Assembly (NCBI GenBank): GCA_048886185.1
Contig: JBHLKY010000001.1
Coordinates: 130,436 to 194,435 of the forward strand
Origin: Candidatus Hermodarchaeota archaeon
Lineage (GTDB): Archaea > Asgardarchaeota > Heimdallarchaeia > Hodarchaeales > Hodarchaeaceae
Reading direction: 5' to 3'
Length of the DNA stretch: 64,000 bases
Shown: piece by piece, positions 1 to 9,929 of the stretch
Layout of the letters: every line of letters starts with the position of its first letter
Numbering within the stretch: the stretch's first letter is position 1
The notes under the pieces: model-generated
Seen by the model: only the letters and a program-made list of their open reading frames with translations
Databases searched by the model: none
What the model was told of the DNA's origin: nothing
Made by a program: the position numbers and the translations under genes

Positions 1-2
1 TG

Positions 3-389
3 GTTGCTGAAAAATCAAAGATTCCGTTTGAAGCTAGTGAAATAGACGAATACATACCAATAGGTGATTATCACGTTCATAAAATCAATCTTAAATACGC
101 AATTAATAGTATCAAGAAAGGCTTAGATAGTGATTTTCTATTCATTGATGAAATTGGACCCTTGGAGCTTCAGGGGAGTGGTTATTTTCCTATACTTGAT
201 TCAGTACTGTCACGTGAACAAGGAAATATTCTAGTAATCAGAGAAACGATTCTGAATGAATTTTTATCTATGTACCCTCTTATAAAAAAGTACAGACTTA
301 TCAAAGTTGAAAGTCATGAAACTTTATCTCCCCTTAATTTTTTCAAAAACATGATTACACAAACATCAAATGATTCTCAAAAAATATAA
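3..389 (+). CDS. C-terminal part of a P-loop NTPase-like protein (5' end lies outside the window)
   Basis: The frame is open from the window edge to TAA at 387-389. A Walker-B-like 'LFIDEIGPLEL' resembles THEP1/MJ1559-type NTPases. No Walker A is visible because the N-terminus is missing. Confidence 0.3.
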   Translation, partial: VAEKSKIPFEASEIDEYIPIGDYHVHKINLKYAINSIKKGLDSDFLFIDEIGPLELQGSGYFPILDSVLSREQGNILVIRETILNEFLSMYPLIKKYRLIKVESHETLSPLNFFKNMITQTSNDSQKI

Positions 390-455
390 TTTAGAAGTAC
401 GATATGTTATTACTAATTCAGAGTCTTGAAATTCCTTAGTCTAGGAGAAAAATGA

Positions 456-1967
456 ATGGCCACAGAAGAATATATTGGTGCACTCGATCAAGGAACGACT
501 GGTACGCGATTTATGATATTCGATAAGAATTGTGGTCTTATTGGTTCGAATTACAAGGAACATGAACAGATTTTCCCTTACCCTGGATGGGTGGAACATG
601 ATCCTTTAGTTATTTGGAAAAATACTCAAGCTGTAATTAAAGAAGCTCTCAAAAATACAGAGCTTACTCTTAAAGATCTAGCTGCAATCGGTGTGACTAA
701 TCAACGAGAAACCACAATTGTTTGGGATCGAACAACGGGATTACCTATTCATAATGCAGTTGTCTGGCAATGTATACGGACGGCTGAAATCTGTGAAAAA
801 TTAAAAACCAATGGTCTAGAATCGATTGTTAAAAAACGAACTGGCTTAGTCATAGCCACTTATTTCTCAGGTCCAAAGATTAAATGGTTATTGGACAATG
901 TTTCAGGAGCTCGATTAAAAGCTGAAAAGGGAGAACTTCTTTTTGGGAATGTTGACACTTGGTTAATTTGGAATTTAACAGGGGGAATTAATGGAGGAGT
1001 GCATATAACAGATGTTTCAAATGCTTCCAGAACTATGTTGATGAATTTAAAAACATTAGATTGGGATGAGGAATTAATAGAACAGTTATCAATTCCTAAG
1101 TCCATACTTCCAGATATTCGACCCTCAAGTGATCCCGAATTATATGGATATGTGATTCTAAAAGGGATGGGTGAGGGTCCACCAATCTCAGGAGATCTTG
1201 GGGATCAACAAGCAGCTTTATTTGGCCAAACATGTTTTGATCCTGGAAATGCAAAAAATACCTATGGAACTGGAAACTTCCTCCTGTTAAACACTGGAAA
1301 AAAAATCATTCAATCTGATTCTGGACTTCTTACAACTGTGGGCTATGGAATCGGAAGAGAGACAACTTATGCCCTAGAAGGTAGTGTGGCAATCAGTGGT
1401 GCCGCAATTCAGTGGTTAAGAGATAAATTACAATTTTTCTCCGTTGCTTCCGAATCAGAGGAGCTTGCTGCTTCTGTAGCTGACAATGGAGGAGTATATT
1501 TTGTACCAGCATTTGTGGGCCTTTTTGCCCCACATTGGGATTCAACTGCTCGTGGAACATTAATAGGTCTTACAAGAGGAAGTAATAGAGCTCATATTAC
1601 TCGGGCTGTAATAGAATCAATAGCTTTCCAATCTTTTGACGTTTTCCATGCAATGGAAATAGATAGTGATATTAAACTCCAAAGCTTACGTGTTGATGGA
1701 GGAGCTTCCAAGAATAATCTTTTAATGCAATTTCAGGCGGATTTGTTGGATATTGAATGTATTCGGCCAAAAATAGAAGAAACTACAGCTCTTGGAGCTG
1801 CTTTTTCTGCTGGAATTGCTGTGGATTTTTGGGATCTAAATGATTTACGTGAGAAATGGTTAATTGACCGTATCTTTCAACCAAAAATGAATTCTGAACG
1901 AAGAGATGAATTGATTTATTTTTGGAAAAAAGCAGTATCAAAGGCTAAAGGATGGATTGAGGTTTAA
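456..1967 (+). CDS. glpK: glycerol kinase (FGGY carbohydrate kinase family)
   Basis: 503 aa. N-terminal 'GALDQGTTGTRFMIFD' is the FGGY motif, and 'GTGNFLLLNTG', 'DGGASKN' and the C-terminal FGGY domain are colinear with GlpK. Confidence 0.9.
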   Translation: MATEEYIGALDQGTTGTRFMIFDKNCGLIGSNYKEHEQIFPYPGWVEHDPLVIWKNTQAVIKEALKNTELTLKDLAAIGVTNQRETTIVWDRTTGLPIHNAVVWQCIRTAEICEKLKTNGLESIVKKRTGLVIATYFSGPKIKWLLDNVSGARLKAEKGELLFGNVDTWLIWNLTGGINGGVHITDVSNASRTMLMNLKTLDWDEELIEQLSIPKSILPDIRPSSDPELYGYVILKGMGEGPPISGDLGDQQAALFGQTCFDPGNAKNTYGTGNFLLLNTGKKIIQSDSGLLTTVGYGIGRETTYALEGSVAISGAAIQWLRDKLQFFSVASESEELAASVADNGGVYFVPAFVGLFAPHWDSTARGTLIGLTRGSNRAHITRAVIESIAFQSFDVFHAMEIDSDIKLQSLRVDGGASKNNLLMQFQADLLDIECIRPKIEETTALGAAFSAGIAVDFWDLNDLREKWLIDRIFQPKMNSERRDELIYFWKKAVSKAKGWIEV

Positions 1968-1994
1968 AAGAATGAGATATCACTTGATACAAGA

Positions 1995-2735
1995 TTAATT
2001 TTCTTCAATTAGAAATAGATGAACAGATTTCTCCATTTCAAGTAAAGTCTCAAAACTTGCGTCCGGATTATTCTCTTGTAACGTCTTAGGATTCGAATAT
2101 CCACTTGTAAAAGCAAATGTTGTAATTCCTACGGTTTTTCCAGCTAAAATATCTTCTCCTAGGTCTCCAATCATTGCACAACATCTTGGTGTATTCGTTA
2201 AATGAAATTTACGGAGGAAATGGACATATCCCTCTTCTTTATGTTTTCCAAACTCTCCTGATGCTAATATTCTATCTGTTGGGAAATAATTTGTGTCTTT
2301 AAGATACTTCTTAACAAATTGCATGATCTTTTTTCGGGGAGAATCGCTTACAATTGCTAATTTTATACCCGAAGCATGTAACCGCTTCAATGCTAATAGT
2401 GCATCTTTAGTGGGTTGAGCAGATGAAAATCGTTTTGATTGATTTCTCCCAACATAAATCATTGCTCTCAAGGACTTTATATAACCATATCCTAAAGCCC
2501 GAGGAACTTGATAGAGAGTCCAAATTATTTTCCATTTCACATTTCTTTCTCGAGAGGAAAGTTTCGAAAAAGTAATTTCATCCGCTTTCTCGATAACCAG
2601 AGTAGGATCAATCTGGAGGTATTGTGCTAACATTCCAAAATAATATTGCTTAGTATCAATAAGTGTGCCATCAAAATCGAATATTATCGCTTTAATTGGG
2701 ATGTACACTAATTGGGGCATGAACTGACTGTCCAA
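1995..2735 (-). CDS. HAD-superfamily hydrolase
   Basis: HAD motif I 'IIFDFDGTLIDT' (DxDGT) is at the N-terminus, with a 'GDLGEDI' motif-IV-like region. Confidence 0.75.
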   Translation of the reverse strand: MDSQFMPQLVYIPIKAIIFDFDGTLIDTKQYYFGMLAQYLQIDPTLVIEKADEITFSKLSSRERNVKWKIIWTLYQVPRALGYGYIKSLRAMIYVGRNQSKRFSSAQPTKDALLALKRLHASGIKLAIVSDSPRKKIMQFVKKYLKDTNYFPTDRILASGEFGKHKEEGYVHFLRKFHLTNTPRCCAMIGDLGEDILAGKTVGITTFAFTSGYSNPKTLQENNPDASFETLLEMEKSVHLFLIEEN

Positions 2736-2892
2736 AAGATTAGAATAATCACAAACTTATCTTTCTTCCTTAAATAAAAACACTTTGGCTAATTTCTCTT
2801 TCCTTTTCACAAAAAATTTCTTATTATCTTTTTAATTCTCCGAATCTACACTGATCAATACCCACTTCACTGGAAATTATGGATGTAATTCC

Positions 2893-3849
2893 ATGAAATT
2901 TAGTCTTAATGACCCTTTAGCTGGATTATCTTTTCCAAAGACTAATATTTGCGATTCACACACTCATATTTGGAGTGCTGATGCATTCGATGAACTAGAG
3001 AAGTGGGGACATCAATATGGGGTCAAACGTTTTATGGGTATTGCTCAACCTGATATAAAGAAAACTCTAGAGCAAAATGGCAAAGGTCATGATATCATTT
3101 TTGCTTTTTATCTCCCAATGGGTGCTTTTGCTGACCATGATGCAAATAAGCTTATAGAAGCGGTTGATGAAGCCCATGCGCTAGAGTATTCAATGGTTAA
3201 AATGTGGTTTGGACCCCGATTCCTTGATTATTTTAAACCATCAAACAAAATAAAATTCACTATATCGAATCCAGAATTTGAGCCAGTATTTACACGTATT
3301 GAGGATTATGACATTCCTATTGATGTTCATGTTGCTGACCCAGATATCTGGTATCAAACTAAATATCTTGATCATAACCTCTATAGAACAAAAGATGATG
3401 CCATTTCTGAATTTAATGCGGTCTTAGAAAGGCACCCTTCCCTCAGAACGATTAGTGTTCATTTCGGGTCATTACCAGAATCTCTTGAGCAATTAGAAAC
3501 CATTCTAAAGAGATTTCCAAATTTTCACATTGATACTGCTTCAACTAAATGGATTATACGTGAACTAGGGAAATACCGTAAAAAGTCTCGTGATTTTTTT
3601 ATTCGTTACAAAAAGCGAATCCTTTTTGCTACTGATATATCAGCAGGATGGGATGATCGCCCAAAGGATTACATTGCGACTCGTTACTGGGCGCAGCGAT
3701 TATTTTGGGAGACTAATGTCCAAAATGTTGAACTACCCTTTTCAGATGCAGATAATCCTACCCCCCCTACTTTTATCAATGGTTTAAATCTTCCTCAGTC
3801 TGTTCTTGATCGTTTTTACTGGCAAAATGCAAATGAATTTTTCAAGTGA
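2893..3849 (+). CDS. metal-dependent amidohydrolase-fold (TIM barrel) hydrolase
   Basis: N-terminal 'CDSHTHIW' HxH metal-binding motif, and later 'IDVHVAD' and 'SVHFGS' metal ligands typical of amidohydrolase_2. Confidence 0.5.
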   Translation: MKFSLNDPLAGLSFPKTNICDSHTHIWSADAFDELEKWGHQYGVKRFMGIAQPDIKKTLEQNGKGHDIIFAFYLPMGAFADHDANKLIEAVDEAHALEYSMVKMWFGPRFLDYFKPSNKIKFTISNPEFEPVFTRIEDYDIPIDVHVADPDIWYQTKYLDHNLYRTKDDAISEFNAVLERHPSLRTISVHFGSLPESLEQLETILKRFPNFHIDTASTKWIIRELGKYRKKSRDFFIRYKKRILFATDISAGWDDRPKDYIATRYWAQRLFWETNVQNVELPFSDADNPTPPTFINGLNLPQSVLDRFYWQNANEFFK

Positions 3850-3910
3850 CTAAAAAATTATATGAAGTGAGCTAAATCTAAAATACCCTAAAAATTAGAG
3901 GTTTAAAACC

Positions 3911-4942
3911 ATGAAAACTAAATTCAATGTGGTTCAAGTGGGACTCGGAGCAATGGGACGACGAATATCACAGGCATTGATAGAACGGGAGAATATAGAT
4001 TTGATAGGGGTGGTCGATATTGATCCAAGTCTGGAAAATAAGGTCTTGAGTGAGATTTTAGAACAAACAAATATCCCTGAAATAAGAATTGAAAAAAACC
4101 TCGAACAACTTCTGAATAAAAAAAAGGTCGATGTAGTGATAATTTTAACATCTTCTTCTTTAGAGAAGGTTGCTCCACTCATAATGATTGCAGTAAAAGC
4201 TGGTTGCAATGTAATCTCCATTTGTGAAGAATTATCATACCCCTTTGAATATCATCCCCAGCTTTCTAGAGACATTGATGAGCTAGCTAAAGACAATAAC
4301 GTATCTGTAGTTGGGACAGGTATTAATCCAGGTTATTTAATGGATTTATTGCCCATTGTATTGACCGCTCCATGTTTAACTGTTCAGAAAATTACTATAA
4401 CTCGAATGATGAATTCAGCAAAAAGAAGGTTACCTTTTCAAGAAAAGATTGGAACTGGTTTATCAGTTGATGAATTCAAACAAAAAATCAACAATAAAGA
4501 AATAACTGGCCATGTTGGACTAACACAATCTATTCAGATGATAATGTCCGCTTTGGGTTTGATGAGTGATGAAATTATTGAATTTCCTCCTGAAGCAATT
4601 ATTGCAGAAAAGGAAATCACAACTTCTTATTGTACCACACCACCAGGGTTTGTATGTGGACTTCAAAGTAAAGCAGTGGCCAGAAAAGATGGAAATGATC
4701 TAATTGTATTGAATTTCACTGCTTTTGCAGGAGATCAAGAAGAATTTGATAGTGTTATTATTGAGGGAAATCCTCAAATTTCACAAAAAATCGAGGGAGG
4801 AGTTCATGGAGACATAGGTACTGTTGCTATGGTAATTAATCTAGTACCAAAGGTTTATGATGCCAAGTCTGGTTTACTCACAATGAAAGATATATCAGTA
4901 CCTTGTAATACTGAGGGTATTTGGAAAAATCAGGAAAAATAG
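3911..4942 (+). CDS. NAD(P)-binding dehydrogenase, DapB-N-like (diaminopentanoate dehydrogenase-like)
   Basis: N-terminal Rossmann 'VVQVGLGAMGRRI' resembles the DapB GxxGxMG loop. The product is 343 aa. Confidence 0.4.
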   Translation: MKTKFNVVQVGLGAMGRRISQALIERENIDLIGVVDIDPSLENKVLSEILEQTNIPEIRIEKNLEQLLNKKKVDVVIILTSSSLEKVAPLIMIAVKAGCNVISICEELSYPFEYHPQLSRDIDELAKDNNVSVVGTGINPGYLMDLLPIVLTAPCLTVQKITITRMMNSAKRRLPFQEKIGTGLSVDEFKQKINNKEITGHVGLTQSIQMIMSALGLMSDEIIEFPPEAIIAEKEITTSYCTTPPGFVCGLQSKAVARKDGNDLIVLNFTAFAGDQEEFDSVIIEGNPQISQKIEGGVHGDIGTVAMVINLVPKVYDAKSGLLTMKDISVPCNTEGIWKNQEK

Positions 4943-4958
4943 GGTTTGGTCGTTACAT

Positions 4959-5264
4959 ATGAGAACTAAAATTATTGCAGAAATTACGACATATCCAATC
5001 GGAGAAGGCTCCAGTTTGAGTAAATTTGTTAAAGAAGCCGTCAAAGAGATAAACAACTATAAAGGAATCCGTGTTATTCATCATCCAATGGGCACAGTAA
5101 TCGAGACCGATTCTCTTGATCAAGTATTTGATGTAACAAAGTTGGCTCATGAAGCCATATTACGAACTGGTGCGAAACGCGTCGTTACTCAACTTAGAAT
5201 CGACGATCGCAGAGATAAACCAAGGAAAATGGAAGATAAAGTAGCTGCGATCTTAAAAGACTAA
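4959..5264 (+). CDS. MTH1187/YkoF-family (DUF77) small ligand-binding protein
   Basis: 101 aa. 'IAEITTYPIG...IRVIHHPMGTVIE' matches the MTH1187/YkoF thiamin-binding fold family. Confidence 0.55.
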   Translation: MRTKIIAEITTYPIGEGSSLSKFVKEAVKEINNYKGIRVIHHPMGTVIETDSLDQVFDVTKLAHEAILRTGAKRVVTQLRIDDRRDKPRKMEDKVAAILKD

Positions 5265-5290
5265 AAAAGGGGTTGTTAATCTCAACTGAA

Positions 5291-5668
5291 TTATTCAGGT
5301 GCTTTTTGATCTACTGGGCTTTTCTTAGTGGTTCCACGTTCTATCCCTACTAGAACTATTTTTAGCGATTTAGTATATTTTTTCAATGCTTTTCTCCCTT
5401 CACTAGTTATGTGGACAACAGTTCTGGGACGGACATTCACAAAAGTCTTTTCCTGTTCCACAAAACCTACAGAAACAAGTTTAGTTAAGTGACTATTTAA
5501 ATTTCCTGATGTTACACCTAGTCCTTTTTGTAATACACTAAAGGTGAGTGATGAATTGAGATGTAGTAATGTTAATATTCCTAATCGCACTGGTTCATGA
5601 ATGGTAGAATCCAGTCCTCCGAGTAGGTTTTCCAGATAAGCTGGATTCTCTTCCATTTCAATACTCAT
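5291..5668 (-). CDS. ArsR/winged-helix transcriptional regulator
   Basis: 'VRLGILTLL...FSVLQKGLGVTSGNLNSHLTKLVSVGFV' is an HTH plus wing pattern. The gene is coupled (6-nt gap) to the upstream membrane-protein gene. Confidence 0.55.
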   Translation of the reverse strand: MSIEMEENPAYLENLLGGLDSTIHEPVRLGILTLLHLNSSLTFSVLQKGLGVTSGNLNSHLTKLVSVGFVEQEKTFVNVRPRTVVHITSEGRKALKKYTKSLKIVLVGIERGTTKKSPVDQKAPE

Positions 5669-5673
5669 CTCTA

Positions 5674-6378
5674 CTATTCTGCAGTTTCTACTAGGGCAAT
5701 ACCTTCTCTACCAGAATACCAGTATGTAAGCATACTAATTCCAATTAAAACAAAGCCAAATATATTACAGAAAAGAAACATTGCTGAATTGGGGTCTAAC
5801 TCATAGAATATTAAAGATGAGACAAATCCAAGGCATAAAGCGAATAATCCAAATGATAACAAGCCTAATCGTACTTTCACATTTCTCGTTTCTGCAAAGA
5901 GAATTCTACTTGCAAGTAAAAATCCAATCCCTGTGGTGGTACCCCATACAATAGGAATAAACTGGGAATTCATTGAATCTACAACACCAAGCACCAAAAC
6001 AAGAAAATGAGTAATAATGAACAATCCAACAATGATTGCTCCAATGGTTCGATAAGCTTTGTTCCAATTTATGAATCCTGGGGAGAAACCTGTTGTAAAA
6101 ATAATGACACCAATCAGAGGAATAAGATAAATAAACCACAAGCCAAAAAATAGAACTGGTTCGAGATTTGGAGCTAATCCAAGAATGAGGAATGTTGAAT
6201 CAACAGCTAAGAAGTAGTAACAAACATATTCAATCCAGCCACCAATGATAGCTACGAAACCAGTAAGACTTATGAAAAGTAAAAGGCGATTTGATTCCAT
6301 TTTTTCTTCAAAAGCAACAATTTTATCTAAAATTTCAAGAGTTGGCTGTAAATCTGATAGTAACTCCATTTCTATCAT
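5674..6378 (-). CDS. polytopic membrane protein of unknown function (about 6 TM)
   Basis: Hydrophobic helices run throughout. It is co-oriented and coupled with the ArsR-like gene. Confidence 0.5.
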   Translation of the reverse strand: MIEMELLSDLQPTLEILDKIVAFEEKMESNRLLLFISLTGFVAIIGGWIEYVCYYFLAVDSTFLILGLAPNLEPVLFFGLWFIYLIPLIGVIIFTTGFSPGFINWNKAYRTIGAIIVGLFIITHFLVLVLGVVDSMNSQFIPIVWGTTTGIGFLLASRILFAETRNVKVRLGLLSFGLFALCLGFVSSLIFYELDPNSAMFLFCNIFGFVLIGISMLTYWYSGREGIALVETAE

Positions 6379-6609
6379 CCATTTCCACTTTTTTCTTCTC
6401 CAAAATTTACTGTAAAATACTTTTTCTTATTGGTTTGTGTGACAAATCATTCTCTCAGAGAAAATTGTATTGGGTTTAATAAAGGCTTAGAATGATGATT
6501 CATCCATGTGCCTCAAACAATTCATGAATAAGGTGTTTCAACATTTTGAGAGTAAAAAAGTTTACCTTCATAATCGTAACAGGGACTTTGAGGCTAGGAG
6601 GTTAATAGA

Positions 6610-7221
6610 TTGAATGGTGTAATTGTTTTGATAATTGATTCTATTATTTTTATCTTCCCAGCATTCGTTGCAAATGCTGCACCTACGATATTAGGTAAAG
6701 GTAAGCGCTTCAATGGACCTATTGATGGTGGAAGATTGTGGAAAGACAACAAAAGAATTTTAGGAGATGGTAAAACGATCCGAGGATTTGTTTCTGGAGT
6801 TTTCTGCGGAATGTTGACATGTGTTGCGATCATTATTCTTGGAAACTATACTGGTTATCCTTTGGTTTTTATGACCTACATGAAAGGAGGCCTTCTTTAC
6901 AATGTTTTAAAGCCATTAGATACTGCTATTTTGGACAATATGATACTCTTAGGATCATTAATTGGTTTTCTTCTTGGTTGTGGCGCTCTCATTGGTGACA
7001 TAATTGGAAGTTTTATAAAAAGACGTAGTGGACTCAAAAGAGGAGAATCCTATCCTTTAATGGATCAATTAGGTTTTTTAGTTACAGCACTGATCCTTGT
7101 ATATTTAGTAATCCCTTGGCCTGTCATTTGGCTTATATTTCTGGTGCCTATCAGTCTTGGTCTTCATATCAGTCTAAATTTGCTAAGTTATGTAGCTGGT
7201 GTCCAAGAAGTCCCACTCTAA
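6610..7221 (+). CDS. carS: CDP-archaeol synthase-like (CarS/DUF46) membrane protein
   Basis: 203-aa membrane protein with 'ANAAPTILGKGKRFNGPIDGGRLWKDNKRILGDGKTIRGF', which resembles the CarS cytidylyltransferase signature. Confidence 0.5.
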   Translation: MNGVIVLIIDSIIFIFPAFVANAAPTILGKGKRFNGPIDGGRLWKDNKRILGDGKTIRGFVSGVFCGMLTCVAIIILGNYTGYPLVFMTYMKGGLLYNVLKPLDTAILDNMILLGSLIGFLLGCGALIGDIIGSFIKRRSGLKRGESYPLMDQLGFLVTALILVYLVIPWPVIWLIFLVPISLGLHISLNLLSYVAGVQEVPL

Positions 7222-7444
7222 TTAATTCTCTTGGATTAGTATAATTCAGGTTTTAAAAGCAGTAGGGAGGATGAAACTTTCTCAAGTTGTTTAAAGCAAT
7301 ACTAAATCACTCATACTATTTTTTATAATTTATATAGCTAATATAATATTTTGGTTAGTTTCTACCACAAAGTAATTTCTTGTAGAAAGGTTCATCGGGT
7401 TTTTTAAACTCATAGATTCAAATTCACCTATAATTTTCTCAAAA

Positions 7445-7882
7445 GTGGGTGAAAAGAAGATGAACTTTTTGGCACATCTGATAGTGACATTAGTCTTTGT
7501 GAAAATAGCTGATTTATCGGGAATGAATATCTTTTGGGCTTTAATGTTCGGGGTGTTTATTGATTTTGATCATTTAATTAAACTACCTCTTTATATCAAG
7601 CAGAATGGTTTTAAAATAGTTAGGTACTGGAATTGGCGAACAGGGTTCCAGGAACCTGTCTCATTGTTATGGATTATACCTTTGAATATTTACATTCATA
7701 CATGGGTACCTGTATTCTTTTTCATAACTCATATTGTCTTAGATTATTTGATGAGTTATGAAAAGCAACCATTTTACCCTTTCTCTAGTTTTACTATCAA
7801 ACAACGGAAAATAAAGCTTGATGATTCTCTTGGAATAGTAACAGTGGTGATAGCAATATGCATATACGTATTCCTGGTTTAA
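7445..7882 (+). CDS. small membrane protein (possible DUF457-like membrane hydrolase)
   Basis: 3-4 TM helices and an 'FIDFDHL' motif. Weak. Confidence 0.3.
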   Translation: MGEKKMNFLAHLIVTLVFVKIADLSGMNIFWALMFGVFIDFDHLIKLPLYIKQNGFKIVRYWNWRTGFQEPVSLLWIIPLNIYIHTWVPVFFFITHIVLDYLMSYEKQPFYPFSSFTIKQRKIKLDDSLGIVTVVIAICIYVFLV

Positions 7883-8409
7883 AGAAACGATATGACCAAA
7901 TAATGATGCCAATAAGCGATTTCTTTCATATGACTTTGAAGTTACAGCCAAATCACGTATCTTGTATTGGATTTTTGATTGGACTTTTTTCTGTGATTTT
8001 AGTCCTCGGCGGTTATTGGCAAGCTGGATTAATAATAATGGCAGTTTCCCTCCTTTTTGACGGAATCGATGGAAATATTGCACGATTATATAGTTTAGAA
8101 AGTGAAACAGGAGAAAAACTTGAACTTCTATTTGATCGTTCTCTAGAAACGCTCTTGTTTTTAGCCTTTGCAATAGTTAATGGCATTAATTTTGGATTAG
8201 TCTTCTTAGTTATTTATTCCATCTTGCTTATGACATCATTGAGAGATAAGGCGAAATTTGATCCTGGATTAAAGAGAATTGCATTATTTCTGGGATTTAT
8301 CATTAGTTTTGAGATGATTTTCAATATTGTCTTTCTTGTACACATCGGTTCTTTCATGCTTCAAATCATAATCTTAGATTATGCAAATCAGAGAGGAGTA
8401 GGGGTTTAA
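7858..8409 (+). CDS. CDP-alcohol phosphatidyltransferase
   Basis: 'DGIDGNIARLYSLESETGEKLELLFDRSLE' fits the D-G-x2-A-R-x8-G-x3-D-x3-D signature on a membrane protein. Confidence 0.6.
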   Translation: MHIRIPGLKKRYDQIMMPISDFFHMTLKLQPNHVSCIGFLIGLFSVILVLGGYWQAGLIIMAVSLLFDGIDGNIARLYSLESETGEKLELLFDRSLETLLFLAFAIVNGINFGLVFLVIYSILLMTSLRDKAKFDPGLKRIALFLGFIISFEMIFNIVFLVHIGSFMLQIIILDYANQRGVGV

Positions 8410-8440
8410 TCCCCTCATAAAATTTTTAGAAATAAGATTA
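8398..8440 (+). terminator. hairpin (AGGGG-TTTAAT-CCCCT) followed by a T-run
   Basis: The inverted repeat is visible in the sequence immediately after the 8409 stop, followed by 'aaaattttt'. Confidence 0.3.
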
Positions 8441-8612
8441 TTAGAGGTGAAAGTGATATTTCTCGTTCTTAGTATTGATGAAGAAAAATGTTCATGGAAT
8501 TATATGAATGGAAATTATTTCCAAATTGTGAACTGTAATTATCTTTATAAGTTAAAGTTCCCAAATATGGTATATTTTTCTGTCCTAAGTTTTTACTCTC
8601 TTCAATCATTGA

Positions 8613-9929
8613 ATGAAAGATGAAATACTTGAGAATAAAGGGATTATTTTGAAAAATATTTCATTTAAGCACAAATTTTGCATATTTTTGATCGGCTTAT
8701 TGATTATTTGTATATTGAGTAGAATAAAAGAGAATCAGGGATTATTAAATTCGATAAGTTACTCTGATGGGGATTCTATATTTTGTAAATCATTAAATCC
8801 TAAAGTGACCGAACAAAATATCCCTGAAAGAGGATTTAACGATCATACTTATGAATTGATCCCGATTAGACGAAGTTGGTCAGCTGCTAGAGATGATTGT
8901 GAATCCCGGAGAGGACATTTAGTGACTATTACAAGCCAAGGAGAGAATAATATGGTAAGACACTTGATTGAATATGAAAGTGTTTGGATTGGTTTTACTG
9001 ATGAAGGAATTGAAGGGAGTTGGCGATGGATTACTGGGGAGTCTGTTACCTATATTAACTGGGCTGACGGCGAACCCAACGACAGTGGTGGTGAGGATTA
9101 CGTTGAACTTTACGAGAGTGGTGAATGGAATGATTTGTCTGGTTTAGAGGAGTTGTACTATATATGCGAATGGGATTCTACACACAATATAACAACTCCC
9201 ACAGTAATTTTCCCAAATGGGGGAGAAACTCTTGAAGGCATCATCAATGTTCTCTGGTCAGCATCAACCGATTCGTATGATCATCATGATGTCACCTATA
9301 AAGTTTCTTATTCCATCGATAATGGAGTTAATTGGAATCTAATAACTAAAGAAGTAGTTGCCACTAATTACGAATGGGATACCAGTACGATTCCTGAAGG
9401 AACTTCATTTCTGATCAAAGTAGTTGCAAAGTGTTCTCAAGGAAAAAATGTAGAGGATATCTCCGATGGTTCGTTTTTTGTGCATTATCTCACAAGGCTA
9501 ACGCTTCTGTCTCCTCATCAAGGTGATCGACTGAGAGGTATCAGTATTCTTAAATGGTCAGAATCAACTGATTCCTTAGGATATGCAGTCACATACTCAG
9601 TATTCTTTTCTATAGACAACGGGATGACCTGGGATTCATTAGTTACAGGGTTGATGACAAATAATTACAATTGGAATACATCAAAATTTGCTGATGGAAG
9701 ATATAAGATAAAAATTAGGACAATTAGTTCAGAGGGTCTAACTACTGAATACATTACTGAAGGGACATTTCTAATTGATAATATTCTAACAGATATTACA
9801 CTTATTGTACTTGGATTAGCACTCCTCATGATTTTTCCAGAATTGTTCTTCAGTAGAAAACTCAGCAACGTTCTTAGTCGTAAAAGAATAGAGATTGTTG
9901 AGAGAGAAGAAGGAGTGGGACAACCATGA
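8613..9929 (+). CDS. membrane-anchored C-type lectin domain protein with two tandem Ig/Fn3-like domains
   Basis: N-terminal TM; CTLD at about aa 82-187 ('WSAARDDCESRRGHLVTITS', 'WIGFTD', 'WADGEPND', 'EWNDLSG', 'YYICEW') with EPN (nt 9072-9080) and WND motifs; two beta-rich repeats of about 95 aa; C-terminal TM. Its stop overlaps the next start (ATGA at 9926-9929). Confidence 0.7.
   Translation: MKDEILENKGIILKNISFKHKFCIFLIGLLIICILSRIKENQGLLNSISYSDGDSIFCKSLNPKVTEQNIPERGFNDHTYELIPIRRSWSAARDDCESRRGHLVTITSQGENNMVRHLIEYESVWIGFTDEGIEGSWRWITGESVTYINWADGEPNDSGGEDYVELYESGEWNDLSGLEELYYICEWDSTHNITTPTVIFPNGGETLEGIINVLWSASTDSYDHHDVTYKVSYSIDNGVNWNLITKEVVATNYEWDTSTIPEGTSFLIKVVAKCSQGKNVEDISDGSFFVHYLTRLTLLSPHQGDRLRGISILKWSESTDSLGYAVTYSVFFSIDNGMTWDSLVTGLMTNNYNWNTSKFADGRYKIKIRTISSEGLTTEYITEGTFLIDNILTDITLIVLGLALLMIFPELFFSRKLSNVLSRKRIEIVEREEGVGQP

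Noticed and set aside
3590-4221. Nested or antisense small ORFs (3590-3787, 3924-4178, 3934-4221, 860-1105 and others in the track)
   Set aside because: Each lies entirely inside a larger gene with strong motif support on the same or the opposite strand. They are low-complexity and likely non-coding.
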